From: Eubacteriales bacterium
Lineage (GTDB): Bacteria > Bacillota > Clostridia > Oscillospirales > CAG-382
Assembly: GCA_045536535.1 (NCBI GenBank)
Contig: JAZSNS010000027.1
Coordinates: 45,573 to 109,572, forward strand
Direction of reading: 5' to 3'
Length of the DNA: 64,000 nucleotides
The translations under genes and the position numbers were made by a program. Positions 41,001-49,905 of the stretch are shown here, in pieces; the first letter of the stretch is position 1; the number at the start of each line of letters is the position of its first letter. The notes under the pieces were generated by a model. The model searched no databases, was not told the DNA's origin, and saw only the letters and a program-made list of their open reading frames with translations.

Positions 41001-41490
41001 TGATCTTGAAGAACTCGGCATAACCGGTAATAAGACCGTGCTCGGGATTCACCTTGTTTCCGCAACACCGGGCGAGGAAATAACGTTTGATTATTTCTTC
41101 CTCGGCAAATCGGAAGGTCAAAAAGTCAGATTTATTACCGACGAAAAAACTATCGTGAGCTTCGAGGGCAAGGTTGGAGACAAAATCGAATTGATTGACG
41201 ACCCCTTCAAAGTCGGATATACTTTTGACGGCTGGTATACCAAACAAGAGGGCGGCGAAAAAATAGACGGTCCTATTACCGTCAAAAATGACACGGTAGA
41301 AGTGTTTGCAAGATTCACGAAAAAAGCATCATCGGCGAGAGATGTTGAGACCTTCAACGAAGAAATCAACATCCAGCTTTACTCAGCCTTGAAAGTTATT
41401 CTTGTGGTCGCTGTTATAATTATTGTGGTTGCCGTTATTGTTATCGTTCTTCTTGTGAAAAAGAAAAAGAAAAAGGATAAAGCGAAATGA
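38011..41490 (+). CDS. Secreted, membrane-anchored multidomain metallophosphoesterase with InlB B-repeat
   Basis: Signal peptide; SDTQ, HTGDLID, GNHD, THEY, CGH motifs; PFKVGYTFDGWY repeat; C-terminal TM plus poly-Lys. Confidence 0.85.
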   Translation: MKKAIGFILSAIIVISCFPFVVFAAEPEVISGSSASLFCDGADSVSIGGINASVGSDVDFEVNFFASDASSAYSFIYLNNKQIAPLVNGENVIKLNTKDLAEGDNELKIVLGVSNKTYNFTDVYGTYNIDDVTFESVRFNGLGFDKPAKMKLYMPKVGAAGVTVQLADYSDGILVGDGWFQDTGLGGSTPETPVMIGYVFRKPELSDAFIVDTTKMNDGKQVAVFSKDGKTVSEKEYIVDNTAPKIEFSVANGGYVSRLDKITYKTNDITSVDSALYLDGKEVSDIYAKNLSLGNHVAYVIATDAVGNTSRTTVNFNVTNKLYNISVKDDELTMSVLGDASLYSAELLKDIRMYENRYGEFDQDYLRSSDEVLVSFNNKAELVTKAIGDSVPYQSFVINTSKAKGEDVLVSYTGTTGNGSGIVLKAWNYKDSCWDIIGKTESGVPVTVSANIEKYTYKNRMRVNVAPDLVYNGSNTIIWNSDTQYYSRFDDLNEFYYKICEYTVEEYKAGNIGYYVHTGDLIDQAHMGDEIAHYEYQVADKAQDILDDANVPNGVVSGNHDICHESADYSYYWQYFGEDRYKDFDWYGGSLNNNMHHYDLVSIGAHDFVFLYIGNYKEVEDDTVNWAKSVCDAYPNRNVIVCTHEYLLPSGEFSSDRSKEMWEKIIVPNENIIMVLCGHNEGVCDQMRRVGDSDRYVLEILADYQFSELGVGPQHVLNDCTCDGEGFVRLMSFNEAGQVITNTYSPVAEDYGVYPYNFFPSYADSFVYDLKMVPSGRSICTSEFNVVYESEHIGKVGDKGISLEKYEAFYAEIERGGETYLSEVYVLDEYKVNYIPALRNKYTEPEYEKTLTTGYANVNENFRMNEKNKRPTDSFIDVGLELLPTDAGKLIYASGNTDYTTAVNENGGITLSHSETGDSNWVTLTYEPNGKSGVNIDTSEYDRIYFGVTADKNTKWNASLVFIGPEVNFARTKEVASMFGYVNALPSDITGTWNGYIDLEELGITGNKTVLGIHLVSATPGEEITFDYFFLGKSEGQKVRFITDEKTIVSFEGKVGDKIELIDDPFKVGYTFDGWYTKQEGGEKIDGPITVKNDTVEVFARFTKKASSARDVETFNEEINIQLYSALKVILVVAVIIIVVAVIVIVLLVKKKKKKDKAK

Positions 41491-42320
41491 AAAAAGCGGT
41501 TGCTTTGGCGTTGATATTCTTTATGCTCTTCGCCATTAATTTGACGGTTTTGGGCGAGGAAGAATATGGCGCTGCGCTGAATATCGAATATGAAGTAAAT
41601 TCATCAAATAATATTGTTGTTACAGCTTCTTTGCGCGATATTAAAGTTGAAAACGGCATATCACTTTCTGAATATGACATTTTCTACGAAGAAAAAGATC
41701 TGAAATTAGTTAACGTAAACGTTAACGTTCCCGATGAATGGTTGGCTTCGGTTTCCAGCGTTGATGATGTGAATTTTTCGCATCAAAAGTCGGACGGATA
41801 TTATATCTGGTCGCTTGCCTCCGAAAAGCCGATGCTTGGCGTAAAAGAAGACGATCAAATTTCCATTTCGCTTGAATTCGAACCTTTGACAAAGAAAGAA
41901 ACAGAAATCAAGTTCGATTATGTCCTTGTTACAAGTGATTATGAAAAAATCGTAAATGGCAAGGTTATGTACGATTTTGCACCTGTTTATACAAATGCGG
42001 CAAATATCAACATTGATCTTGATGACGTTACAACACCGGAAATTGATGTTAGCATTGAAGTTTCTTCGACCGATCTTTTGCCGTCGCCTTCGCAAACTTC
42101 AAATACAATTTCCGAAACGTCTGATGTTCAAAACGGAAACAGTTTGAACGGATTTGTTTCTATGCCGAATGTAAATAATTCGGATGTGAACCAAGATGAC
42201 TCTTCTTCGTTTAATTCAACGTGGATCATAGTGATTACGATCGTTATGGTGGTTTTGGTTGCGGTTGTTGTTCTTGTGATTCTCCTCAAACAGGATACGA
42301 AAGGCAATAAAAATGTTTAA
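41487..42320 (+). CDS. Membrane-anchored protein with cohesin-like beta-sandwich
   Basis: Signal peptide, GISLSEYDIFYEEKDLKLVNV cohesin-like pattern, Ser/Thr/Asn linker, C-terminal TM. Confidence 0.6.
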   Translation: MKKAVALALIFFMLFAINLTVLGEEEYGAALNIEYEVNSSNNIVVTASLRDIKVENGISLSEYDIFYEEKDLKLVNVNVNVPDEWLASVSSVDDVNFSHQKSDGYYIWSLASEKPMLGVKEDDQISISLEFEPLTKKETEIKFDYVLVTSDYEKIVNGKVMYDFAPVYTNAANINIDLDDVTTPEIDVSIEVSSTDLLPSPSQTSNTISETSDVQNGNSLNGFVSMPNVNNSDVNQDDSSSFNSTWIIVITIVMVVLVAVVVLVILLKQDTKGNKNV

Positions 42321-42927
42321 GTTTATCCGAGAAAATTCCGGAATTATTGTTAAGTTCATACTTACTCATGTCGTGATGTCGGTGCTTGGCATTATGGTTG
42401 GTTTAGCAGTCATTGTCATTGGCGGCGAATCGCAGGGTGTTGATATAATTTCTATCATCGCCGGTGTTTTTACTGTCGGTTTCATGTGCTTCATGCATTA
42501 TGACGATATGTATTTCTTTGCTGTTAAAGAGGGAATACGTGTTCGTTCCGAAGGTGCGGAACTTGATCGATGGAAGGGCGTTAAAATTGTACTGATCGCT
42601 TATTCGCCGGTCATTTTGATCGGTGTCGTTACGTCGATCATTGACATTGCTGCGGGCGGAATTTTGAATGTTTCTCCGATTGCATTGTTGGTCTATTATG
42701 CAGTTCAAGGTAGTTTTCTTCCTTTCTATGTAATTCGCGAGTATCTTGGCGTTACCGGATATGTGCTTATCACTTTGTTGCCTGCTGTTATCAGCGGTAT
42801 ACTTGGTTATACGATCGGTTTTAAAGACAAAACACTTCGCGGTTTGTTTGGCATGAAGGTCAAACCGCCTTATGACGGGCCGCTCGAAAGAAAGCCCAAA
42901 AAAGAAAACAACAAAAACGAAAAGTAA
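42313..42927 (+). CDS. Hypothetical membrane protein
   Basis: 204-aa ORF with about 5 TM helices, overlapping the upstream stop. Confidence 0.72.
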   Translation: MFKFIRENSGIIVKFILTHVVMSVLGIMVGLAVIVIGGESQGVDIISIIAGVFTVGFMCFMHYDDMYFFAVKEGIRVRSEGAELDRWKGVKIVLIAYSPVILIGVVTSIIDIAAGGILNVSPIALLVYYAVQGSFLPFYVIREYLGVTGYVLITLLPAVISGILGYTIGFKDKTLRGLFGMKVKPPYDGPLERKPKKENNKNEK

Positions 42928-42980
42928 TAATTTTTTGATCGGATCGCATATAATCTTACAAAAATATTTGTGAGGTTAAT

Positions 42981-43730
42981 ATGCGTTCTGATTTTAAAGA
43001 AGCGAAAATCAGTTTGAGCCTGATTGCATTGATTTTAGCATTGTCGATTGTTTTCTATTTCTTTGTTTCGATGTTTACTTCTATGGGTTACGAAGGATAT
43101 CGTAAAGCAAAGGCGTCAAATGCATCGAATGCATTTGATAAAAATGAAAGTCAGATCGTCGTTATTGACGCAGGTCACGGCGGGGAAGATCCGGGTGCAA
43201 ATGAGAACGGTTTGCTTGAAAAAGACTTGAATCTTGAAATTTCGGTTGCTCTTGGCGAATTACTCAATGCCTGTGGTTATCAAGCGGAACTGACTCGCGA
43301 GGATGACCGACTTCTTTACAAATCGGGCGAGGAAAACAGAAAAAAGTATCATGATCTGAGAAATAGGGAAGATTTTGCCAATAAATTTGATCGATCGATT
43401 TTTGTTAGTGTTCATATGAATAAATTTCCGCTTTCATACTGTAAAGGATTGCAAACGTTTTATTCTGAAAACAACCCAAAAAGTTTTGATTTGGCAAATA
43501 TCGTTCAGGAAAATTCTCGTTTGCTTCAACCCGACAATAAAAGAGAAGTAAAATCAGGAAACGAAACCATTTATTTACTCGAAAACCTTGAAATGCCCGC
43601 GGTTCTTATCGAATGCGGATTTTTGTCAAATCCCGAAGAATTTGCCTCACTTTCAGATGAAGATTACAGAAAAGCCCTTGTATTAACACTTTATTGCAGT
43701 ATTTCAGAATTTTTGGAGAACAGTCAATGA
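42981..43730 (+). CDS. cwlD: N-acetylmuramoyl-L-alanine amidase (CwlD-like)
   Basis: IDAGHGGEDPG, DLRNR, SVHMN, LIECGFLSN; upstream CATATAAT (42947-42954) resembles a sigma-E -10. Confidence 0.75.
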   Translation: MRSDFKEAKISLSLIALILALSIVFYFFVSMFTSMGYEGYRKAKASNASNAFDKNESQIVVIDAGHGGEDPGANENGLLEKDLNLEISVALGELLNACGYQAELTREDDRLLYKSGEENRKKYHDLRNREDFANKFDRSIFVSVHMNKFPLSYCKGLQTFYSENNPKSFDLANIVQENSRLLQPDNKREVKSGNETIYLLENLEMPAVLIECGFLSNPEEFASLSDEDYRKALVLTLYCSISEFLENSQ

Positions 43731-45097
43731 AAACCGAGTATATTTGTGAAAATTGCGGCTATGTCGCGTCGAAGTGGTATGGGAAATGTCCTCAATGTTC
43801 CGAATGGAATACATTTTCCGAACATGAAAGCGTTGCAACTGCGCCCGTGAAAACAAAAAAAGCGAAACCTAACAACTCGGTTTTAACGAATGAACCAAAA
43901 TCTTGTCGAATCAAAGATATTTCTTTTTTGGAAAAGGAACGAACAAGCACCGGTATCGGAGAATTCGACCGTGTTCTCGGGGGCGGCATCGTTTCGGGAT
44001 CAGTCGTCTTGCTTTCGGGCGAACCCGGAATAGGGAAGTCAACTTTGCTTTTGCAAATTTGTAAAGAGCTTGGTGAGCATGGAAGGGTTTTATACATAAC
44101 CGGAGAAGAATCTTCTGCACAGATAAAAATCAGATGCAGAAGGCTCGGTGTGGAGCATGATGAAGTTTTTGTTCTGAGCGAAAATAATATTGATGATGTA
44201 ATCGGCGAAATAAACGCAATTCGTCCCGAGGCTGTGATAATCGACTCGATTCAAACGATGTATGATGATAGTTACCCCTCGTCGCAAGGAAGTGTTACTC
44301 AAGTCAGACAATGCGCTCTGCGATTGATTAGTAAAGCGAAAGAAGACGGCGTTTCAATGCTTCTTGTCGGTCATGTTAATAAAGAGGGAGCCATTGCAGG
44401 CCCCAAGGTGCTTGAACACATGGTAGATGCCGTCCTGTATTTCGAGGGCGACAAACAACATGCATATCGCATTGTGAGAGCCGAGAAAAACAGATATGGG
44501 TCGACAAACGAAATAGGCGTTTTTGAAATGTGCGAGGACGGACTTGCCGAGATTGAAAAACCCTCCGAGATGTTATTGTCACAGCGCCCGAAAGGCGTTC
44601 CCGGCAACTGTCCGGTTTGCGTTATCGAAGGAAGCAGACCTATTATCGCAGAAGTACAATGTCTTGTCACGCCAACGGTTTATCCTTCTCCGAGAAGAAT
44701 GTCCTCCGGTATTGATTACAATCGTACCGCGCTGTTGCTTGCGGTTTTGGAGAAACGGCTCGGTTTGAAATTTTCAACCCAAGATGTTTATGTGAACGTC
44801 GCGGCCGGTATGCGATTGATCGAGCCCGCTTGTGATGCCGCTTGTGCAATGGCGATGATTTCTACATATAAGAACGTTACGATGCCGGATGATTTGATTG
44901 TGTTCGGCGAAATCGGTCTTGCCGGAGAATGCAGATCGGTTGCCAACACGAGTCAAAGGGTTAACGAGGCCGCGCGTTTGGGATTTAAACGTGTTGCATT
45001 GCCGTATCGCTCGATAAAATCACTGAATACTCCGAGTGGTATCGAGTTAATCCCGATCCGGAGCGTGTTTGATCTGCTCAAATTGCTTTGTGACTGA
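43727..45097 (+). CDS. radA: DNA repair protein RadA/Sms
   Basis: C4 Zn finger, GEPGIGKST, KNRYG, Lon-like C-terminus. Confidence 0.96.
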   Translation: MKTEYICENCGYVASKWYGKCPQCSEWNTFSEHESVATAPVKTKKAKPNNSVLTNEPKSCRIKDISFLEKERTSTGIGEFDRVLGGGIVSGSVVLLSGEPGIGKSTLLLQICKELGEHGRVLYITGEESSAQIKIRCRRLGVEHDEVFVLSENNIDDVIGEINAIRPEAVIIDSIQTMYDDSYPSSQGSVTQVRQCALRLISKAKEDGVSMLLVGHVNKEGAIAGPKVLEHMVDAVLYFEGDKQHAYRIVRAEKNRYGSTNEIGVFEMCEDGLAEIEKPSEMLLSQRPKGVPGNCPVCVIEGSRPIIAEVQCLVTPTVYPSPRRMSSGIDYNRTALLLAVLEKRLGLKFSTQDVYVNVAAGMRLIEPACDAACAMAMISTYKNVTMPDDLIVFGEIGLAGECRSVANTSQRVNEAARLGFKRVALPYRSIKSLNTPSGIELIPIRSVFDLLKLLCD

Positions 45098-45130
45098 TGT
45101 TCACAAATTGTTCATAAGCGAGAGGCGTGT

Positions 45131-45916
45131 ATGCAGGAAAGATATTGTGAACCTAATTTGGTAAAAACGAGATTGCGCAGGGCATTCGTTTCTCAGTTGA
45201 TGCCTGAACAACTTGTGTCAGAACTGAATGATCTTGGCATAATCACATACAAACTCGGAAAATCCACTAATATGAGTAGCGAATTGGCATATCATCCGGA
45301 TATCCTTTTGAATAACTTTCGTAAAGGACTTTGGCTTTGTGAAAGCAATGCGGAATATCTGCCTGATGAAATCAGCAGATCGATTTTCAGAGAATCGGAA
45401 ACGGAACTTTCGGATCTGTATCCGTTTGATTGTCCTTTTAATAATCTCCAATTGTATAAAACTTTAATCTGCGGAAAAAATGCGGATTATCTGATCAAAG
45501 CGTATGCTAAATATGAAGAAATGCGTATATTGTACGTGCCGCAGAATTATACAAAATGTTGCTGTGCTGTCGTTAATGAGAACGCGGTTATAACATCGGA
45601 TTATTATATAGGAAAAACGCTTCGGCTTAACGGATTTGATGTTCTGACGTTGAATGATACAGACGAAATCGGATTAAGAGGATTTAGTCACGGTTTGATC
45701 GGCGGCTGTTCTGTCAGTATATCAAAGACAATGTTGGGATTCACAGGTGATCTTAATAAATACAGATATGGAAACGATATAAGAGATTTTTGCAGTAATT
45801 ACGGAGTTGACGCAATTTCGTTGTCAAATGAGAGTCTTTATGATTATGGCGGTGTATTGCCGATATCGGAAATGATTCCGTACGGAGAAGATATTGAAGA
45901 AGAATTTATAATTTAA
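45131..45916 (+). CDS. DUF6873-like (GME-fold) hypothetical protein
   Basis: YHPD, YTKCC, ITSD, GLIGGCS, DYGG pattern. Confidence 0.65.
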   Translation: MQERYCEPNLVKTRLRRAFVSQLMPEQLVSELNDLGIITYKLGKSTNMSSELAYHPDILLNNFRKGLWLCESNAEYLPDEISRSIFRESETELSDLYPFDCPFNNLQLYKTLICGKNADYLIKAYAKYEEMRILYVPQNYTKCCCAVVNENAVITSDYYIGKTLRLNGFDVLTLNDTDEIGLRGFSHGLIGGCSVSISKTMLGFTGDLNKYRYGNDIRDFCSNYGVDAISLSNESLYDYGGVLPISEMIPYGEDIEEEFII

Positions 45917-45924
45917 ATGCAAAC

Positions 45925-45966
45925 GAAAAACCAGGCTTTTTTCAATTAAAGCCTGGTTTTTGTTTT
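45925..45966. terminator. Bidirectional terminator
   Basis: AAAAACCAGGCTTT / AAAGCCTGGTTTTT. Confidence 0.75.
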
Positions 45967-46061
45967 TATCCATTCCCCATATTGTATAAAATTTTTATTT
46001 TATACAATAGGTTCAAAGTTTGGACTGGGGAACTTGTATATTCTCTTTTTGGGTGTCAAAA

Positions 46062-46100
46062 GATATCAACCCCGATGAACAAACATCGGGGTTGAATTTT
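46062..46100 (-). terminator. Terminator hairpin
   Basis: TCAACCCCGATG / CATCGGGGTTGA. Confidence 0.65.
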
Positions 46101-46107
46101 GTATTGA

Positions 46108-47100
46108 TTATCCTCTGTCAATAAATACAGGTTCGTCGGTTGACCAAGGGTCTTCGGGCTTTTCTTCCGGGTGGTCTTCATAATAAGGATCAATTACATA
46201 TCGTTTTACAACCGGATATGCACAGTATACTCCCAAATATGTGAGGAATGAAAAGACGAACATGCATAATAAAACTATTGAAAATTGAGGCAGGATTATA
46301 AAAGCATAGAACAACGCTGCAATAAATATAATCGCGCCGATCAAACCAATGATATTCCTTTTGAAGCCGAGCACGGTCAGAAGAAACGAGTTTTTTATGA
46401 TCTTCCAAATTGACATCTTACATGTAACAAGTTGAATATACATATAAAAACGCATCACGTAATAAACAAGTGCAAAAAGTATTGATGCATAGAAGAATAC
46501 AAGGAAAATGAACTCGTTGTTTGATTCAACGCCGTATGCAATTATATCATATACGAGCAGACAAATGACTATCGCGTCTAAAATCCCGATGACTATTCCC
46601 TGCCGAATGTTCTTTTTAATAGCATAGAAGTAATCGTGCCAAGTGTCGATATATTCACCGATACATACGTTGCGCATGTTATAGACCATGCCGATCGTCG
46701 AAACACCGAACGTGAAAATGAGCGTTGCTGCCGAACCGATCATTATTTTTGAAGCTAAGGAAACGACAACTTTATCGGCAGATGCACCGAAAATGCCGAA
46801 TAATGAAACGGTCGCGGGGGATGCATCGTTCATTAATGCATTACTTACCTGCGGATAAAGCGGGTTTGCGGCGGCATCTGTGCTGCCGTTGAGGATGCCT
46901 GACAGGCCGAACAAAGCAACAAAGAAGAAGATGTTGCATAATGCGAAAATGAAGTTTGTGGCGGAAAACTTCCCTAGCCTCATTTTCATCAAACGAAAGA
47001 AGAAACCAAAACCGAGTTTTTTGTCAAACTCGACTTGTTTCTTTGTGATACCTTTCCCGTTCTTTTTGTCACCGGAAAAGAAATCATAAAGTTTTCCCAT
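46108..47100 (-). CDS. DUF624/YesL-family membrane protein
   Basis: DYFYAIKKNIRQG, IIKNSFLL, multiple TM helices. Confidence 0.75.
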   Translation of the reverse strand: MGKLYDFFSGDKKNGKGITKKQVEFDKKLGFGFFFRLMKMRLGKFSATNFIFALCNIFFFVALFGLSGILNGSTDAAANPLYPQVSNALMNDASPATVSLFGIFGASADKVVVSLASKIMIGSAATLIFTFGVSTIGMVYNMRNVCIGEYIDTWHDYFYAIKKNIRQGIVIGILDAIVICLLVYDIIAYGVESNNEFIFLVFFYASILFALVYYVMRFYMYIQLVTCKMSIWKIIKNSFLLTVLGFKRNIIGLIGAIIFIAALFYAFIILPQFSIVLLCMFVFSFLTYLGVYCAYPVVKRYVIDPYYEDHPEEKPEDPWSTDEPVFIDRG

Positions 47101-47109
47101 AAAATGACC

Positions 47110-48003
47110 TCATGCACGCGGATGGAATTTGATGTAACTTGTCTTCATCTTATCTTTAAGGAACTGCGCATAACGCTGTGTGGAAGCGATATCGGAATGA
47201 CCGAGAATAACCTGTATGTCATGAATATCCGCCCCGTTTTCAAGCAAATGCGCCGCAAATGAATGCCTTAATGTATGGGGCGTTATCGTTTTGGTTATGT
47301 TCGCACTTTTTGTATATGCTTTTAAAATCTTCCAGAATCCCTGACGCGTCATTTTTTCGCCGGTAACGTTCACGAAAAGCGCTTTTTCGCGTTGATCGGT
47401 AACGAGTAGTTTTCTCGATTTTTCAAGATACAATGAAACCGCTTTTGCGGCGATAGGATAAATCGGGATGAACCTCTCTTTATCTTCGCTGCCGCAACGA
47501 ATAAATGATAATTGCAAGTTGACGTCGTCTAAATTCAAATTTATCAGTTCCGAAACCTTAATGCCGGTTGCGTAAAGAATTTCGAGCATCGCTTTGTCGC
47601 GCATGCCTTTGATATCATTCACATTAGGTTGCGAAAGCAATGTCTCAACTTCTTTAGAGGAAAGAACCATAAGTTCTTTCTTTTCTGTTTTGTCGTTATG
47701 AACTGCTTTTGCAGGATTTGTTTCGCAGACGCCGGTCGAAATCAAAAACTGAAACAATCCGCGCATGGAAGAAAGCGTTCTGCTGACAGAGGGCGAAGAA
47801 AGACCGCAAGAAGCGAGGTGAGCCTTGAATTCGGCAACAACATCTGAATCTACATCAGCAAAATCATCAATGTTTGCAACGGCAGCATAATCAACAAACT
47901 TCTGCAAATCTCTTTTGTATGCCTGCAAAGTGTTATCAGATGACTTTTTCACATCGGAAAGATAACTGAAATAATTATTAAGTTGTGATGTGAGCGTGTT
48001 CAT
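47110..48003 (-). CDS. xerD: Tyrosine recombinase XerD-like
   Basis: SDNTLQAYKRDL, RDKAMLEILYATG, TRQGFWK, HTLRHSFA, LGHSDIASTQRY. Confidence 0.85.
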   Translation of the reverse strand: MNTLTSQLNNYFSYLSDVKKSSDNTLQAYKRDLQKFVDYAAVANIDDFADVDSDVVAEFKAHLASCGLSSPSVSRTLSSMRGLFQFLISTGVCETNPAKAVHNDKTEKKELMVLSSKEVETLLSQPNVNDIKGMRDKAMLEILYATGIKVSELINLNLDDVNLQLSFIRCGSEDKERFIPIYPIAAKAVSLYLEKSRKLLVTDQREKALFVNVTGEKMTRQGFWKILKAYTKSANITKTITPHTLRHSFAAHLLENGADIHDIQVILGHSDIASTQRYAQFLKDKMKTSYIKFHPRA

Positions 48004-48027
48004 TTTTTCACAACCGGTCATCTTTTA

Positions 48028-48663
48028 CTATCCTATCATTAAGTGATTAAAAAGTATATCAAAGCTATAAAATAAAGAAATGTTCAAAAAGAATAAAACA
48101 GTTAAATATATTAACGACAGCTTTAATTTGAAGTTATTTGAATTAAAACCCACAAATGAAATCGAGCCATAAAATATCTCGGTCGAAAGCAAAAGACCGA
48201 AAAAAGAGATGAATGCCAGCGTTAGCACGGCGGCGATCAGGCGCCAACCTGCGAACGATATGTTTCCGAACAAAACCGAATATTGGAAAATACCGCAAAC
48301 CGTCGCAATCAAAGCATTTAACAAAAAAGGGACGGCTCTTCCGAAAACGGAAAATCCCGAAAGCGCCGAAATAAACATGACGAGTACAAAGAAAAACAGG
48401 AAATACTCGCTGTTATAAACTTTGTGTATGAAAAGACACAAAAACTGCAAATTGGCGGAAAGCATCACACCGAGGAATAGGAATAGTAAATACTCGATTG
48501 TGAAAATCATGTATTCCCTTTTCCTTGAAATAAAACAGGCTCGGCTGAATTCCGAAAAACGGTTTCTGTATTTCTTATAAATATCAAATAACGTTCGTTT
48601 TTCTTCGGGCGGGACATATATAGTTAAAGCGCGAATATCGTTGTCCACATTCATTATAATCAC
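48028..48663 (-). CDS. Membrane protein, possibly a divergent SpoIIM
   Basis: About 5 TM helices; position immediately upstream of xerD; sigma-E-like CATATACC upstream. Confidence 0.5.
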   Translation of the reverse strand: MIIMNVDNDIRALTIYVPPEEKRTLFDIYKKYRNRFSEFSRACFISRKREYMIFTIEYLLFLFLGVMLSANLQFLCLFIHKVYNSEYFLFFFVLVMFISALSGFSVFGRAVPFLLNALIATVCGIFQYSVLFGNISFAGWRLIAAVLTLAFISFFGLLLSTEIFYGSISFVGFNSNNFKLKLSLIYLTVLFFLNISLFYSFDILFNHLMIG

Positions 48664-48696
48664 CGTTTAAGGTATATGCGAACAACATAGAGATAA

Positions 48697-49530
48697 TTAC
48701 AATTCGTCGGAAATTTCGTTTGCGCGTTTTGTACACGCGTTCATGGCGCGCGAAACGGCGCCGGAAAAATCATCATTTTCGAAAGAATTAAGAGCGGCGA
48801 GTGTGGTGCCGTTGGGTGAAGCTACGTTCTTGATAAGCGTATCAATAGACTCGTCACTTTTTTCGATCATGGTGACGGAACCTTTGATGGTTTTTAAAAT
48901 CAAAGGAAGAGCAACCGATCGGTCAATTCCCTGCTCAACTGACGCATCGAGCATTGCTTTGACAAAAAGATAAACGTAAGCAGGAGATGACCCATGAACC
49001 GAAATGATAGGATTCATCAGAGCCTCGTCAATAACAGCAACATGCGCTATCGCGGACATTGTTCTGCAAAACAGTTCAAAGTCCTTGGCAGAAACCAAAT
49101 CATTCTTAGATACGGCGAGAACACCCTCACCGACGAGGATCGGAGTGCTTGGCATTGTTCTGATGACAGGAACATCTCTGCCGCATGCGTTTATAATATG
49201 ATCGATAGAAACAGCGGCGGCAAATGAGACCAAAATACTTCTGTCGAGAAGACCGTCGATTTCGGATAACTGTTTAACGACACTTTTTACAACGTTGGGC
49301 TTTACTGCAAGAAAAATAATCTGAGCATCTGTTGCGGCATCAAAAAGATCGGTTGATGTTTTGATATTAAAAGATTTGAATTTTTCCAATTGCAACTCGT
49401 TGATATCGAAAACGGTTATGAACTCAGCGGGCACCGCTTTGGAAGATACAAGACCGCACGCCACGGCTCCTGCGATATTTCCGCCTCCGATAAACAGCAT
49501 TTTTTTATATTGTGCTTCGGTTCGCGGCAT
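48697..49530 (-). CDS. proC: Pyrroline-5-carboxylate reductase
   Basis: FIGGGNIA, LAVKP, RTMP, GSSPAY, VASPNGTT. Confidence 0.93.
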   Translation of the reverse strand: MPRTEAQYKKMLFIGGGNIAGAVACGLVSSKAVPAEFITVFDINELQLEKFKSFNIKTSTDLFDAATDAQIIFLAVKPNVVKSVVKQLSEIDGLLDRSILVSFAAAVSIDHIINACGRDVPVIRTMPSTPILVGEGVLAVSKNDLVSAKDFELFCRTMSAIAHVAVIDEALMNPIISVHGSSPAYVYLFVKAMLDASVEQGIDRSVALPLILKTIKGSVTMIEKSDESIDTLIKNVASPNGTTLAALNSFENDDFSGAVSRAMNACTKRANEISDEL

Positions 49531-49905
49531 ATTATGTACCTCTCATTCCGCAGTCGTGCATTTAATATAATAATACAAAAACCTCTTTATTTCAATAGAT
49601 TACAAGAAATATTTCAAAAATTGTTCATTATGCACATTAATTATGTAAACATGATTATGTAAACAACACAAACTGCGCGATATTTAGTGCACATGATGCG
49701 TCTCGGGCCTATATATTGTTTTTTGCGCTTTTTGTTTTTGTTATAATATTTGATTAAAATTGCAAAAATAGCAATTTGCACAAATGAGGCGGATATTTAT
49801 CGTTCTACTTTTTTATTGAATATGTTTCCTTTTGGTGATATAATGCTTTATGTAACAAGACAACGAATTTTATTGTTGTTCTTATTTGATTTTAAAGAGG
49901 AACTT

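Noticed and set aside
47110-48003. Prophage or ICE integrase
   Set aside because: Size, motifs and housekeeping neighbours fit chromosomal XerD; no phage or conjugation genes nearby.
49624-49665. Complete dif site
   Set aside because: Only the XerD-like arm matches; no convincing XerC arm at 6-bp spacing.
49750-49905. N-terminal extension of the pseudouridine synthase (also extensions of recA, radA, potB, pgsA in the ORF track)
   Set aside because: Downstream starts have good RBSs and match family N-termini; the extensions overlap promoters or upstream genes.
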